DNA from: Octopus bimaculoides
Lineage: Eukaryota
Direction: 5' to 3'
Assembly (NCBI RefSeq): GCF_001194135.2
Contig: NC_068982.1
Coordinates: forward strand, 10,100,184 to 10,164,183
Length of the DNA stretch: 64,000 bases
The position numbers and the translations under genes were made by a program. The notes under the pieces are model-generated. The model was not told where the DNA came from and did no database searches. It was given only the letters and a program-made list of their open reading frames with translations. Shown here piece by piece: positions 1 through 9,560 of this stretch. Each line of letters starts with the position of its first letter. The stretch's first letter is position 1.

Positions 1-104
1 ATTTCTAATGTGAATCAATAGATCAGGAAGTTTTGGCTGCAGCAAGTCTGACCTTCTCTTACCATTTCATTGAGTCTTTGGTGACTCAATATTTTATTCA
101 ATGA

Positions 105-330
105 AGGCAACGAGCTGGCAAAAATGTTAGCACACCGGGCAAAAGGCTTAGCGGTATTTCATCTGTCTATAGATTTAGTTCAAATTCCGCCATGGTTGAC
201 TTTGCCTTTCATCCTTTCGGGGTCAATAAATTAAATACCAGTTGCATACTGGGGTAGATCTAATCGACTGCCCCCCGCCCACCATCCATCAAAATTTCAG
301 GTTTTGTGCTTAGAGTAGAAAAGAATATTT
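105..330 (+). mobile_element. tRNA-derived SINE with Nin/Deu-like central domain (family N), CpG-decayed
   Basis: Head GGCAACGAGCTGGCA, core GACTTTGCCTTTCATCCTTTCGGGGTCAATAAATTAAATACCAG, tail AGAGTAGAAAAGAATA; more than 12 copies in the window. Confidence 0.8.
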
Positions 331-439
331 TATTAAATGCTTTAAAGCAAACAGTTTTCTCCAATTGTTGTTTTTTTTAATGGTTTGTTCTGGAGGTAGG
401 GCTACATCCGTGACCTTCATAGACATTACCAGGTCAATG

Positions 440-600
440 ATATTGGTTTCAAATTTTGGCTCTAAGCCAGGAATTTTGGGAAAGGAGACTAGTCAATTAC
501 ATTGACACCCACCCGTACTCAACTGGTACTTATTTTATCAACCTCAAAAGCATGAAAGGCTAAGTCAGCCTAGGTGCAACTTGAACTCAGAGCACAAAGA
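440..600 (-). mobile_element. Family N SINE, degenerate
   Basis: Reverse complement of core: CTGGTACTTATTTTATCAACCTCAAAAGCATGAAAGGC. Confidence 0.6.
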
Positions 601-621
601 CAGGATAATTGCACATTATTA

Positions 622-1118
622 TTTACATTATTTACATTCGACAGATATTTGTCCTTATCTTGTTTGTTGTCAACGCAACATTTTGGCTGATATACCCTCC
701 AGCCTTCATCAGGTGTCTTGGGGAAATTTCAAACCCGGGTTCTCATTCCTAAGGTATTTTTTGATATTATTATTACTATGCCCACGGGCATATGGCATAG
801 TGGTTCAGAGCGTGGGCTACTAACCCCAAGATTCCGAGTTCAATTCCAAGCAGTGACCTGAACACTAATAATAATAATAATAACATCGAAAAAAATACCT
901 TAGGAATGAGAACCCAGGTTTGAAATTTCCCCAAAACACCTGATGAAGGTTGGAAGGTATATCAGCCAAAACGTTGTGTTAACAACAAACAAGATGAGGA
1001 CAAGTATCTGTCAAATGTAAATAATTTACAGTATTCCTCATCTCTTAAATATAGAACAATAATAATAACATCGAAAAATACCTTAGGAATGAGAACCCGG
1101 GTTCAAAATTTCCCCAAG
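622..1118. mobile_element. tRNA-headed, hammerhead-tailed SINE (family H): inverted tail + full copy + partial direct repeat
   Basis: 622-775 is the reverse complement of ~870-1030; tRNA-like head from 786 with A box TGGCATAGTGG and B box GAGTTCAATTCC; ~1060-1118 repeats the (AAT)n CATCGAAAAATACCTTAGG segment. Confidence 0.8.
935..980 (+). ncRNA. Minimal type I hammerhead ribozyme motif (decayed copy) in family H tail
   Basis: AACAC-CTGATGA-A-GGTTG..CAGCC-AAAAC-GTT-GTGTT; the G of GAAAC is lost here (CpG decay) but present in the 7163-7200 copy. Confidence 0.55.
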
Positions 1119-1234
1119 TCAAAGAATTTGGACCAAGATAGAAAAGAGTGCAATTAAGGAAGAGTTAGAAAGGCATTGTAAGTAGTAATATGAAATATCA
1201 AACAGTCTGGCTGATATAGATGATATGTAAACAG

Positions 1235-1540
1235 TAGGAGAAGAGTTAAATGGTAACAGCACAGGAAAATGGTAAAAACAGAGCTAAACGGTAAAAAAGA
1301 CTGTTAAATGCCATAATGTTAAATTTACCAAAATGCTGAATGGTAAAATGCAATCAAATGATGAAAGGTACAGCTAAACAATAAAGTCTAGATGGAGGCA
1401 AAAATTAGAGCTAAATAGTCAAGGACACAGTTGAATATTAAAACATTTAAATAAATTATAAAACAAAATCTAAATGGTTGTACCACAGCTAATTGTAAAA
1501 TGTACAGCTAAATTGTAAAAAAAGAAAAAAAGATTAGCTT
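1235..1540 (+). repeat. Degenerate minisatellite, ~17-20 bp monomer like ACAGCTAAATGGTAAAA
   Basis: Recurrent variants such as ACAGAGCTAAACGGTAAAA, ACAGCTAATTGTAAAA, ACAGCTAAATTGTAAAA. Confidence 0.5.
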
Positions 1541-1951
1541 AATGGAAGTGTAATTTTCTTGTTTTATTCTTTGCCTTATGGATCGCATTGCTTTACAGCA
1601 TCATTTGGCAATGCTACAGATGTAAATTTTGGCATTAGAGCAATTGTATATTTACACAACTTATGCTGTATATGCCAATTCTGAAGATGTCATTCATTTC
1701 TATTGGCCATATTTCCTTATAGTCTAAGAACTTGAAAAATATGTTCCCAAAATTAACACAGCACAGTAATTTGACTTTTCAATAAGCATGTTGGCATCTT
1801 TCAATGAAGAACTTTTGATGGCTTGTGTATCTGAAGATGTTTATTTTATTTTTTATGGCATAATATGTGAATAATAACAACACTGGTTACAGGTTCCAAC
1901 AGACTAATTTGTAAGGCACTGCATTTCTGATAATCAGAGTATTTGTAAATT

Positions 1952-2300
1952 GGCGCAGGAGTGGCTGTGTGGTAAGTAGCTTGCTTCCCAACCACATGGT
2001 TCTGGGTTAAGTCCCACTGCAAGGCACCTTGGGCAAGTGTCTTCTACTATAGCTTCGGGCCAACCAAAGCCTTGTGAGTGGATTTGGTAGACGGAAACTG
2101 AAAGAAGACACAAAGACACATGTGCACCCCACCTCCACACTCACATATGATGGGCTTCTTTCAGTTTCTGTCTACTAAATCCACTCACAAGTTTTTGGTT
2201 GGCCCGAGGCTATAGTATAAGACACTTGCCCAAGGTGCAATGCAGTGGGAGTGAACCTGAAACTATGTGGCTGGGAAGCTAGCCACTTACCACACAACCA
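1952..2300. mobile_element. Two CORE-like SINE (family C) 5' halves in inverted orientation
   Basis: 1952-2107 (+) GGCGCAGGAGTGGCTGTGTGGTAAG..CACCTTGGGCAAGTGTCTT..GAAACTGAAAGAAG; 2155-2300 is the reverse complement. Confidence 0.85.
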
Positions 2301-2683
2301 TATTAACATGAGAGCTTCTTTCCACGCAGCTACACATGCCCCCTATAGAGCCACACCTGCTTTATAGGCACAGTAGTATTCTTACTTCAATCAACCCTAA
2401 AGGGATAAGAGGCAAATGTAACCTTGCAAGGATGTACTCACAGGAAGTTAAAACAAATACCACAAGGCATTCTATCCAGCATACTAATGACATTGCTAAC
2501 TTAATATAAATTTGAGTGATGTTTCTCTGTCCATTACATTTTTATGTTCGTTAACTCCTCCAAGACTATTGGTGCAAGGACAATGAAATTCAAACCAGCA
2601 ACTCCCCTAATCCCAGGGAATGTCTTAAGGGAGTCTATTTTCTTTTAAGGGCCACCTAATTGGGGTGCCAACTGACCCCACTA

Positions 2684-2890
2684 GTTTTACTGCATTTACC
2701 TTGACCCTATGCTTATTGACTAAACCCTGATCAGCATCAGTGCTTAGCATATTTGCAGAAATAAGCTCCATTACACAATGGTAGAGGGCCACAAAGCAGC
2801 TCAATAGTAGGGCTGAAGGCCTCAAAGTTGCCCTCTGAAGGAGCTAGCTTGAATGCCACCTGAAGGGCGGCTTCAAGGCTAGTATATTAA
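2684..2890. repeat. Unclassified dispersed repeat; inverted copy at 13445-13655
   Basis: CTGATCAGCATCAGTGCTTAGCATATTTGCAGAAATAAG matches the reverse complement at ~13570-13615, and similarity continues over ~200 bp. Confidence 0.75.
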
Positions 2891-3652
2891 AAGACCCCAT
2901 GCTGGTTCCACACAAAACCCACCAGACAAATGATAGAAACGATAAAAGATAAAAGATGAAAGAACACAAAAATAAAACATCGGATTCCGGAAAAGTTAGT
3001 TGAGAAAAAAAAATTGGATGAAAAAAATGATGGTGAATTGATTTACCACAAGGAGTGAAAAATGCAATTCTTCAGACTCTTGAACTCCTTCAGAGAGGAA
3101 AACTCATTCAGGCTAATTGCAACTGGTTTTCAGAGAACTGAATAAGACAAGAAAAAGTGAAAGTGTAATGTTGAGAAATAGATGAGGAGAGAGAGAGAGA
3201 GAGAGAGAGAGAGGCAGGAACGACTATGAGTAGTGAGGTAGAAGTGTGATGTGGGAGGAAGAAAGTGAAGCTGGGGAAATGGTAAAAGGATGCAGGAAGA
3301 TAGCAAGAACCAGATCATGTGGATTGAGCAAGCAAAGCAGCAAATGAAAGAATTTCAGTATAAAACAGCCTGAAACATACAAAATCCGAGAAAGAAGAGA
3401 AAGAGAGAAATAATCAATTTTGACAAACAGTGGAAGAAGAAAGACAAAAAACTTTCTTCTAGAAACAGAATTTAGAGAAGATTATTGGATGATAACTTGA
3501 TCCCCCCACCCCCACCTTATTTTCAAATCATTTTAATTTTTAATATCAAGTTCAGTATTTTATTGTGGTATTTTAAAACGACCTCTATATATGAAATCAT
3601 TCTGGTAACAATACACTTACCAAAAATCTAGAATCCAAGTTAGATGGAACTT

Positions 3653-3832
3653 ACAGTTCTATATTTAAGAGATGAGGAATTATGTACATTATTTCCATTT
3701 GACGGATATTTGTCCTCATCTTGTTTGTTGTTAATACAACACTTTGGCTGATATACCCTCCAGGCTTCATCAGGTGACTTGGGGAAATTTCGAACCTGGG
3801 TTCTCATTATTATTATTATTATTCAGGTCACT
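3653..3832 (-). mobile_element. Family H SINE tail (hammerhead-bearing)
   Basis: ACAGTTCTATATTTAAGAGATGAGGAA..GGCTGATATACCCTCCAGGCTTCATCAGGTG..ATTCAGGTCACT. Confidence 0.8.
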
Positions 3833-4105
3833 TTTGCCAAACTGCTAAGTTACGGGGATGTAAACACACTAATATCGGTTGTCAAGCAATGTTGGGGAGA
3901 CAAACACAGACACACAAATACATACATACATATATATATATACATGACAGGCTTCTTTCAGTTTCTGTCTACCAAATCTACGCACAAGGCTTTGGTCGGC
4001 CAAAAGCTATAGTAAAAGACACTTACCCAGGGTGGTGCCACGCTGGAGGACTGAACCCGGGATCATGTGGTTGGGAAGCAAGCTACTTACTACACAACCA
4101 ATCCA
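3833..4105 (-). mobile_element. Family C SINE
   Basis: Reverse-complement tail and head with internal (CA)/(TA) microsatellite. Confidence 0.8.
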
Positions 4106-4211
4106 GACATTACTGCTATGATACAATGATTTTAAGATAAGTACTTAACACACAAATTAGTTAACAACTGATGTCATTTGTACTTTAAGAAAGTGGTTAT
4201 ACACCATTAGG

Positions 4212-4606
4212 TGTATACCCGCTTCGGTACATTAAATTTCTTGAAGAAACAACGGAACGCAGATTCTGAACTATCAACACAACAATATTTATTTACAGAG
4301 GAAATAGGCAGCACTTCGCCCTTTGGTTTCTGAGACGCCGTCAATGATGTTGAGTGGTTATTTGTCTAGCTCCAGAGTTGGAATGTTGGAAAGAGCTGTC
4401 TCCAGAGTTGGAATGCTGGAGACAGACTGCTTGTACGTCTGAGCTCTCCGCCGGCCAGCGAGAAAAGAGAATGAATAAGGGCGCGAAACTTGGATGTCGA
4501 ATGACCACGCATGCGTACGAGACTCTTCCTGTATTCCTTCCGGAACTAGTCCCTGCGCATGCATGGATAAGCTTTCCGGAACGTCTGCTATTAAGGCGTC
4601 ACTACA
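4212..4606 (-). mobile_element. Probable solo LTR, CpG-rich (young)
   Basis: Minus strand begins TGTAGT and ends GTATACA; AATAAA near the 3' end; internal 30-bp tandem duplication 4370-4429; no clear TSD. Confidence 0.55.
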
Positions 4607-5964
4607 GTACTTTGAAGCTGACTGGTAAGAATCTACAACTACAATATTCATTGTTCCACAATTCTAAGCAAGAATGCAAATTTGCAAAGACCCATGTTTG
4701 TAATGAAATCTAGATATGAAATAACAAAAGTTAAAAGAAAAATATGACATTGTAGGAAAATAGTTTCAGGGTGAAAAGTTAAAATAAATGGAGGAATAAA
4801 AAAAATTTAATTCTATCTATAAATAAATCAATATTCAATAAAACTAAGTGTTCAGTTGATGTCTTCCAAAGCAAATAATTTTGGATTCTGAAAATATTAA
4901 GAAAAAAAAGGTATAATTTTTGGCTTAGAAAGAAAGTTAGTGGAATGTTAACCTGAAGTAATATCTGAAATTGCACAAATTATATTTAAGAAATACAATA
5001 CTTAATTTGCTTTGAAACATTAACAAGGAAAAGGGAAAAAAATTGGTGTCACATTTGCATCACAGGTAAATGGATAATTGGTAAAGAGAGCATTTATTTC
5101 TAGAAAAACAAGTTCCTAGCATTCATTCATGTGACTATGTATGTACAATACTATATTAAATTGCTTAGAAGCCGTATATTTCTATTTGATATAATCTGAT
5201 ATTTTCATTTAAGTTTTAGACTTTAAAAATAGTCTCTCTAGTCAGATTTTATCTATCAGTCGAGTCTAGACATAAAACTAATAAACTGTCTCTAATTTAG
5301 TCATCTACCGTTACAATACATCTGCCTCTTTGTGGAATTGAATTATCACGTTGAGATGAGGAGGAACTGTATGGACAAGTGTTACATTGTTAGAAACACC
5401 ACTTTAATTTATTTGGTTGGAAAGATATATTTCTGGAACAGTCTCTAATCAGCTCAGTTTAATTAGTTGTAAAATTACAAGAATTCTAGGATACTCTTCT
5501 TACATCAACCTACTTACAAGAAAAGTTAATTACTTCTCATAATTCATGGTTGTGTACTTTGCATTTAAAAGGATATCTAGGATCGTTAACCCTAGTGATT
5601 TATGTAAATCTTATATGATTCTCTAATCTAGTTTCATCTAAACATGGAAGTTTTAAATGAAGATAATATCGTTAAGTATCATACAAGATGTTTTGTGGTA
5701 TTATGGGAAGCAGCATTATGTATGTGCTGTTTCAAGACAAAGTCCTCCACTGACCAGTGGCAACAGTCACACAATACAAGATCTACAGACTTACAGACAT
5801 TAATAATTCACATTTTAAAGTGTATTTATTTCTAAAGTGTATAGACTCAGTTACAAGAGTCATTTCAGAAGTTTTCAGACATTTTCAGGGGAGATATTAA
5901 TTTCAAAGAAGTACGAACTTCTAATCTCCTTCAAAGTAGGATCTTTTGACTTTGATACACTGGT

Positions 5965-6415
5965 TGTAGTGTTCCAACCAATTTATGAAGTGACCACTGG
6001 TATTCTGGTGACCACTGGCATTCTAGCAGGAAAGCAAAATGAAAATGGGATCTAATGAGAGTAATCTCCCTCGACCTTCTTGAAAATTCTCAAACATTCT
6101 AGAAGCTTCCAATTAACTTCTTGATGATGCGGAAGTCCCATATATAAAGGAACACATTTCTAATTTCGCGGTTGCCAGTTCCTAGACATGCATTGAGTCA
6201 TGCCACTCACATACACACCTGCACGCATGGATGTTTGCCTTATTTGCTTTGAGACATGCGGTTGCAAAATATGTCCATGTGATATTACAAACCTTCTCCT
6301 TCAATTAACCTTATATATTAACACATTACACCCAGTAATAAATATGTTAAGACTCATTACGAACGTCTTACAAGTTCTTCTTTTCTTGTCGTTTTACGTA
6401 CAAGATGGTGACCCC
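5965..6415 (+). mobile_element. Gypsy-type 5' LTR (5965-6402) plus tRNA-Trp primer-binding site (6406-6415), internal region deleted
   Basis: TGTA...TACA termini, TATATAAA 6141, AATAAA 6337, then TGGTGACCCC complementary to the tRNA-Trp 3' end. Confidence 0.7.
6076..6148 (+). promoter_or_regulatory. Heat-shock element array plus TATA box in LTR U3
   Basis: TTC 6077, GAA 6082, TTC 6087, (AAA 6092), TTC 6097, GAA 6102, TTC 6107 in exact 5-bp phase; TATATAAA 6141-6148. Confidence 0.7.
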
Positions 6416-6702
6416 ACTTTCTCGCATGCAATTAAACATTATAGAATGTCACTTACTGACATCACTCTACCCCCCATTGAAGTGCTCCAAAGTGAAGGCA
6501 TCCAGGACCCTTGTCACAGCCTCTTTTATCTTCAGAACGGTTGCCCTTTCTGGCTCTCCTTCAGCTTGGGAAACAAAAGAGACAGGGAGCAAGGCCAGGA
6601 TGATGGAGAGGATGAGGGATAGTTCTGTTTAGTTAGTTATGAGGATGCTCATTACTGGACACCATGGAAACAAATTTTGTACAAATTTTGCACAGGTTTA
6701 GA

Positions 6703-7013
6703 TCATCATCATCATTGTTGCTTAACGTCCTCTTTCCATGCTAGCATGGGTTGGATGGTTTGACTGAGGGCTGGCAAGCCAGAAGGCTGTACCAGGCTCT
6801 AATCTGATCTGGCAGAATTTCTACAGTTGGATGCCCTTCCAGCCACTCTGAGAGTGTAGTGGGTGCTTTTTACATGCCACCGGCATGAGGGCCAGTCAGG
6901 CAGCACTGGCATCGACCATGCTCGAATGGTGCTTTTTACATGCCACCGGCATGGGACCAGTCAGGCAGCACTGGCATTGACCACACTCAAATGGTGCTTT
7001 TTACATGCCAGTG
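6703..7013 (-). mobile_element. RTE LINE 3' end
   Basis: (CAT)n tail + CTTTCCATGCTAGCATGGGTTGG motif, shared with the RT-bearing copy at 18925-20706; ~65-bp UTR minisatellite. Confidence 0.8.
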
Positions 7014-7074
7014 GCACATAAATAATTATTTAATTCTTTGTACAGCTGGTACACAAACTCCAAACTGTATGTTT

Positions 7075-7625
7075 ATTGATCTATATTTTAGAGATGAGGA
7101 ATTCTATACATTATTTACATTGGATGGATATGTGTTCTCATCTTGTTTGTTGTTACAACAATGTTTCGGCTGATTTTCTCTCCAGCCTTCATCAGGTGTC
7201 CTGGCAGAATTTTGAACCCAACTCTGGGTTCTCATTCCTAATAATAAAAATAATAATGATGATTTCAAAAATGTTTGCCACAAAGGCAACTTGGGGGAGG
7301 GGATTAAATCGATTACATCGACCCCAGTGCATAACTGGTACTTATCCCCGAAAGAATGAAAGGCAAAGTCAACCTCAGCAGAATTTGAACACAGAATGTA
7401 GAAGCAGACAAAATACTGCTAAGCATTTCTCCCGGTGTGTTATCAGGTCTACAAGCTCGCCACCATAATAATAATAACATCAGCAAAAAATACCTTAGGA
7501 ATGAGAACCCAGGGTCGGGTCCAAAATCCCACCAGGACAACTGATGAAGGGTGGAGAATAAATCAGCCAAAACATGGTAACAACAAACAAGATGAGGACA
7601 TGTCCATCCAATGTAAATAATGTAT
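7075..7625. mobile_element. Inverted pair of family H tails (7075-7270 minus; 7463-7625 plus) enclosing a family N SINE (7272-7448 minus)
   Basis: Diverged subfamily; minus copy keeps GACAC-CTGATGA-A-GGCTG..CAGCC-GAAAC (7163-7200). Confidence 0.75.
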
Positions 7626-7821
7626 GTGTATTGTTTTTAAAGACACAAAACAGCCTTCATTCAGAAAAGCAGATTACCTCAATCAGCTCTTGCGTTCTGA
7701 TGTCCCTCTCTTTCCAACACCTTTCATCATCTCTCGCCTCCTCTCTACCACTTTTGAAATTCATGTGCCAGCAAAGTGCAGTTTGGAGCATTTCACAAGT
7801 TTCTGTAGCATTTTTGTCCAG

Positions 7822-8051
7822 TTAACCCTTTTGTTGCTGTATTTATTTTGAGATGGTTTGAGTTTCTTTCAATTAATTTTAAATATGACAAAGAATTTAG
7901 TAAAATAACTTAGTTATCATTAAGCTAGTGTTAGGAACATAAATTGTGACTAAGGTTTGGTGGAAGATTTTAATTCAAAACTTTTGAAAACAAGACATTT
8001 GAACTACAGAGACAGTGGCAGTTTCAGGTGGGTTGGTTACAAAAGGGTTAA
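7822..8051. mobile_element. piggyBac-like MITE with TTAA TSD
   Basis: TTAACCCTTTTGT ... ACAAAAGGGTTAA; its removal rejoins the mariner N-terminal frame. Confidence 0.8.
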
Positions 8052-8384
8052 CACACAGTTTTATTGCAAAACTAGCTTCCAAATCTTTCAACTGCCTTGT
8101 GCAAAAAAGCAATGGTTAGTAGAGTGTGTTCAAAGTGTTTCTAGAGCTATTTCCTTTAATCCGGAGTAACAAAAGTTGGCAAGTCAGCTTATTTGATGTT
8201 TAGTAACGATATACGAAAATTACTATGATTTAGAACAGTTATAACAGCTACTTCTGGAAAAGTTTGAAAACTTCTAGAATGCACCTCATACCACAGGAAT
8301 TATCTTAGAATCCCAACAAATAAATCAGAAAGATCAAAGGATCAAGGGTCCTTTCTGAGTCATAGAATTAAAAGGCCAGTTTCT

Positions 8385-8580
8385 CAGATTCTGTGGTGTA
8401 TATATTCCCCACCCAGAGTGGGATGCTAGTCTGTTGTATGATTGCTCATTTTTGCCAACTGAAAGGATGGAGCAGTGTAAAAGGAAATGTTTGGCTCAGA
8501 AACACAACACATTGCTTGAACCAGGGATTGAAACCACAATCTTATGATCATGAGTGTAACACTCTAACCACTAAGTCTTA
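8385..8580 (-). mobile_element. tRNA-derived SINE (head type also seen at 47220)
   Basis: Reverse-complement tRNA-like head (GGATTGAAACC..CTCTAACCACTA) and CATTTTTGCCAACTG..GGAGCAGTG segment. Confidence 0.55.
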
Positions 8581-8664
8581 TGTTTGCTCACAAGAAATAA
8601 GTACCAGCTAAATATTGGAGACATTATAATCAAGAAAAGAACATTTGAACGTTGGTGCAGGTGT

Positions 8665-8834
8665 GGTGAGTCATCGGTTCAGGTGTGGATGAGTGGTAAG
8701 GAGTTTGCTCTCCAAACACGTTCTGGGTTCAGTACTACTGCATGGCACCTTGGGCAAGTGTCTTCTTCTATAGCTTTGGGCTGACCAAAGCCATGTGAGT
8801 GAATTTGGTAGGGGGTAACTGAAAAAAGCTTGTC

Positions 8835-8870
<36 letters not shown>

Positions 8871-9560
8871 GAGCAGTTCAGCAAAAGACACTGATAGAAT
8901 AAGTACCAGACTTAAACGAAGACAATATGTACTGGTGGAGGGGTTCAATTTGTGTGTGTGTGTCCCTGAGCAGTTCAGCAAAAGACACTGATAGAATAAG
9001 TACCAGACTTAAACGAAGACAATATGTACTGGTGGAGGGGTTCAATTTGNNNNNNNNNNNNNNNNNNNNNNNNNNNNNNNNNNNNNNNNNNNNNNNNNNN
9101 NNNNNNNNNNNNNNNNNNNNNNNNNNNNNNNNNNNNNNNNNNNNNNNNNNNNNNNNNNNNNNNNNNNNNNNNNNNNNNNNNNNNNNNNNNNNNNNNNNNN
9201 NNNNNNNNNNNNNNNNNNNNNNNNNNNNNNNNNNNNNNNNNNNNNNNNNNNNNNNNNNNNNNNNNNNNNNNNNNNNNNNNNNNNNNNNNNTATGTGTGTG
9301 TGTGTGTGTGTGTGTGTCCCTGAGCAGTTCAGCAAAAGACACTGATAGAATAAGTACCAGACTTAAACGAAGACAATATGTACTGGTGGAGGGGTTCAAT
9401 TTGTGTGTGTGTGTCCCTGAGCAGTTCAGCAAAAGACACTGATAGAATAAGTACCAGACTTAAACGAAGACAATATGTACTGGTGGAGGGGTTCAATTTG
9501 TTTGGCTAAAACACTTCAAGGCAGTGCCTCAGCTTGGCTGCTGTCTAATGATTAAAACAA
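8665..9560 (+). mobile_element. Family C SINE with 97-bp internal tandem repeat spanning an assembly gap
   Basis: Unit (TG)nTCCCTGAGCAGTTCAGC..GGGGTTCAATTT at 8867 and 8964, and twice again after gap 9050-9290. Confidence 0.75.

Larger units (their letters stand above)
5852..8290 (-). mobile_element. Fragmented mariner transposon with nested insertions
   Basis: Matching decayed TIRs at ~5852-5885 and ~8258-8290 ending in TA; peptide relics in order on minus strand: AIKLCV..KNATET..FKSGREE.RDDER (8070-7650), SILITN..RTIPHP..LAPC..FPKLKE (6660-6480), CI.V..SYFEGD* (5960-5915). Confidence 0.75.

Noticed and set aside
786-860. Functional tRNA gene (also 50448-50525 and SINE heads elsewhere)
   Set aside because: No intact acceptor stem or terminator; it continues directly into a multi-copy SINE body.
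4354-4713. 119-aa and 97-aa overlapping ORFs
   Set aside because: They fall within the GC-rich LTR-like element and show no recognisable domain.
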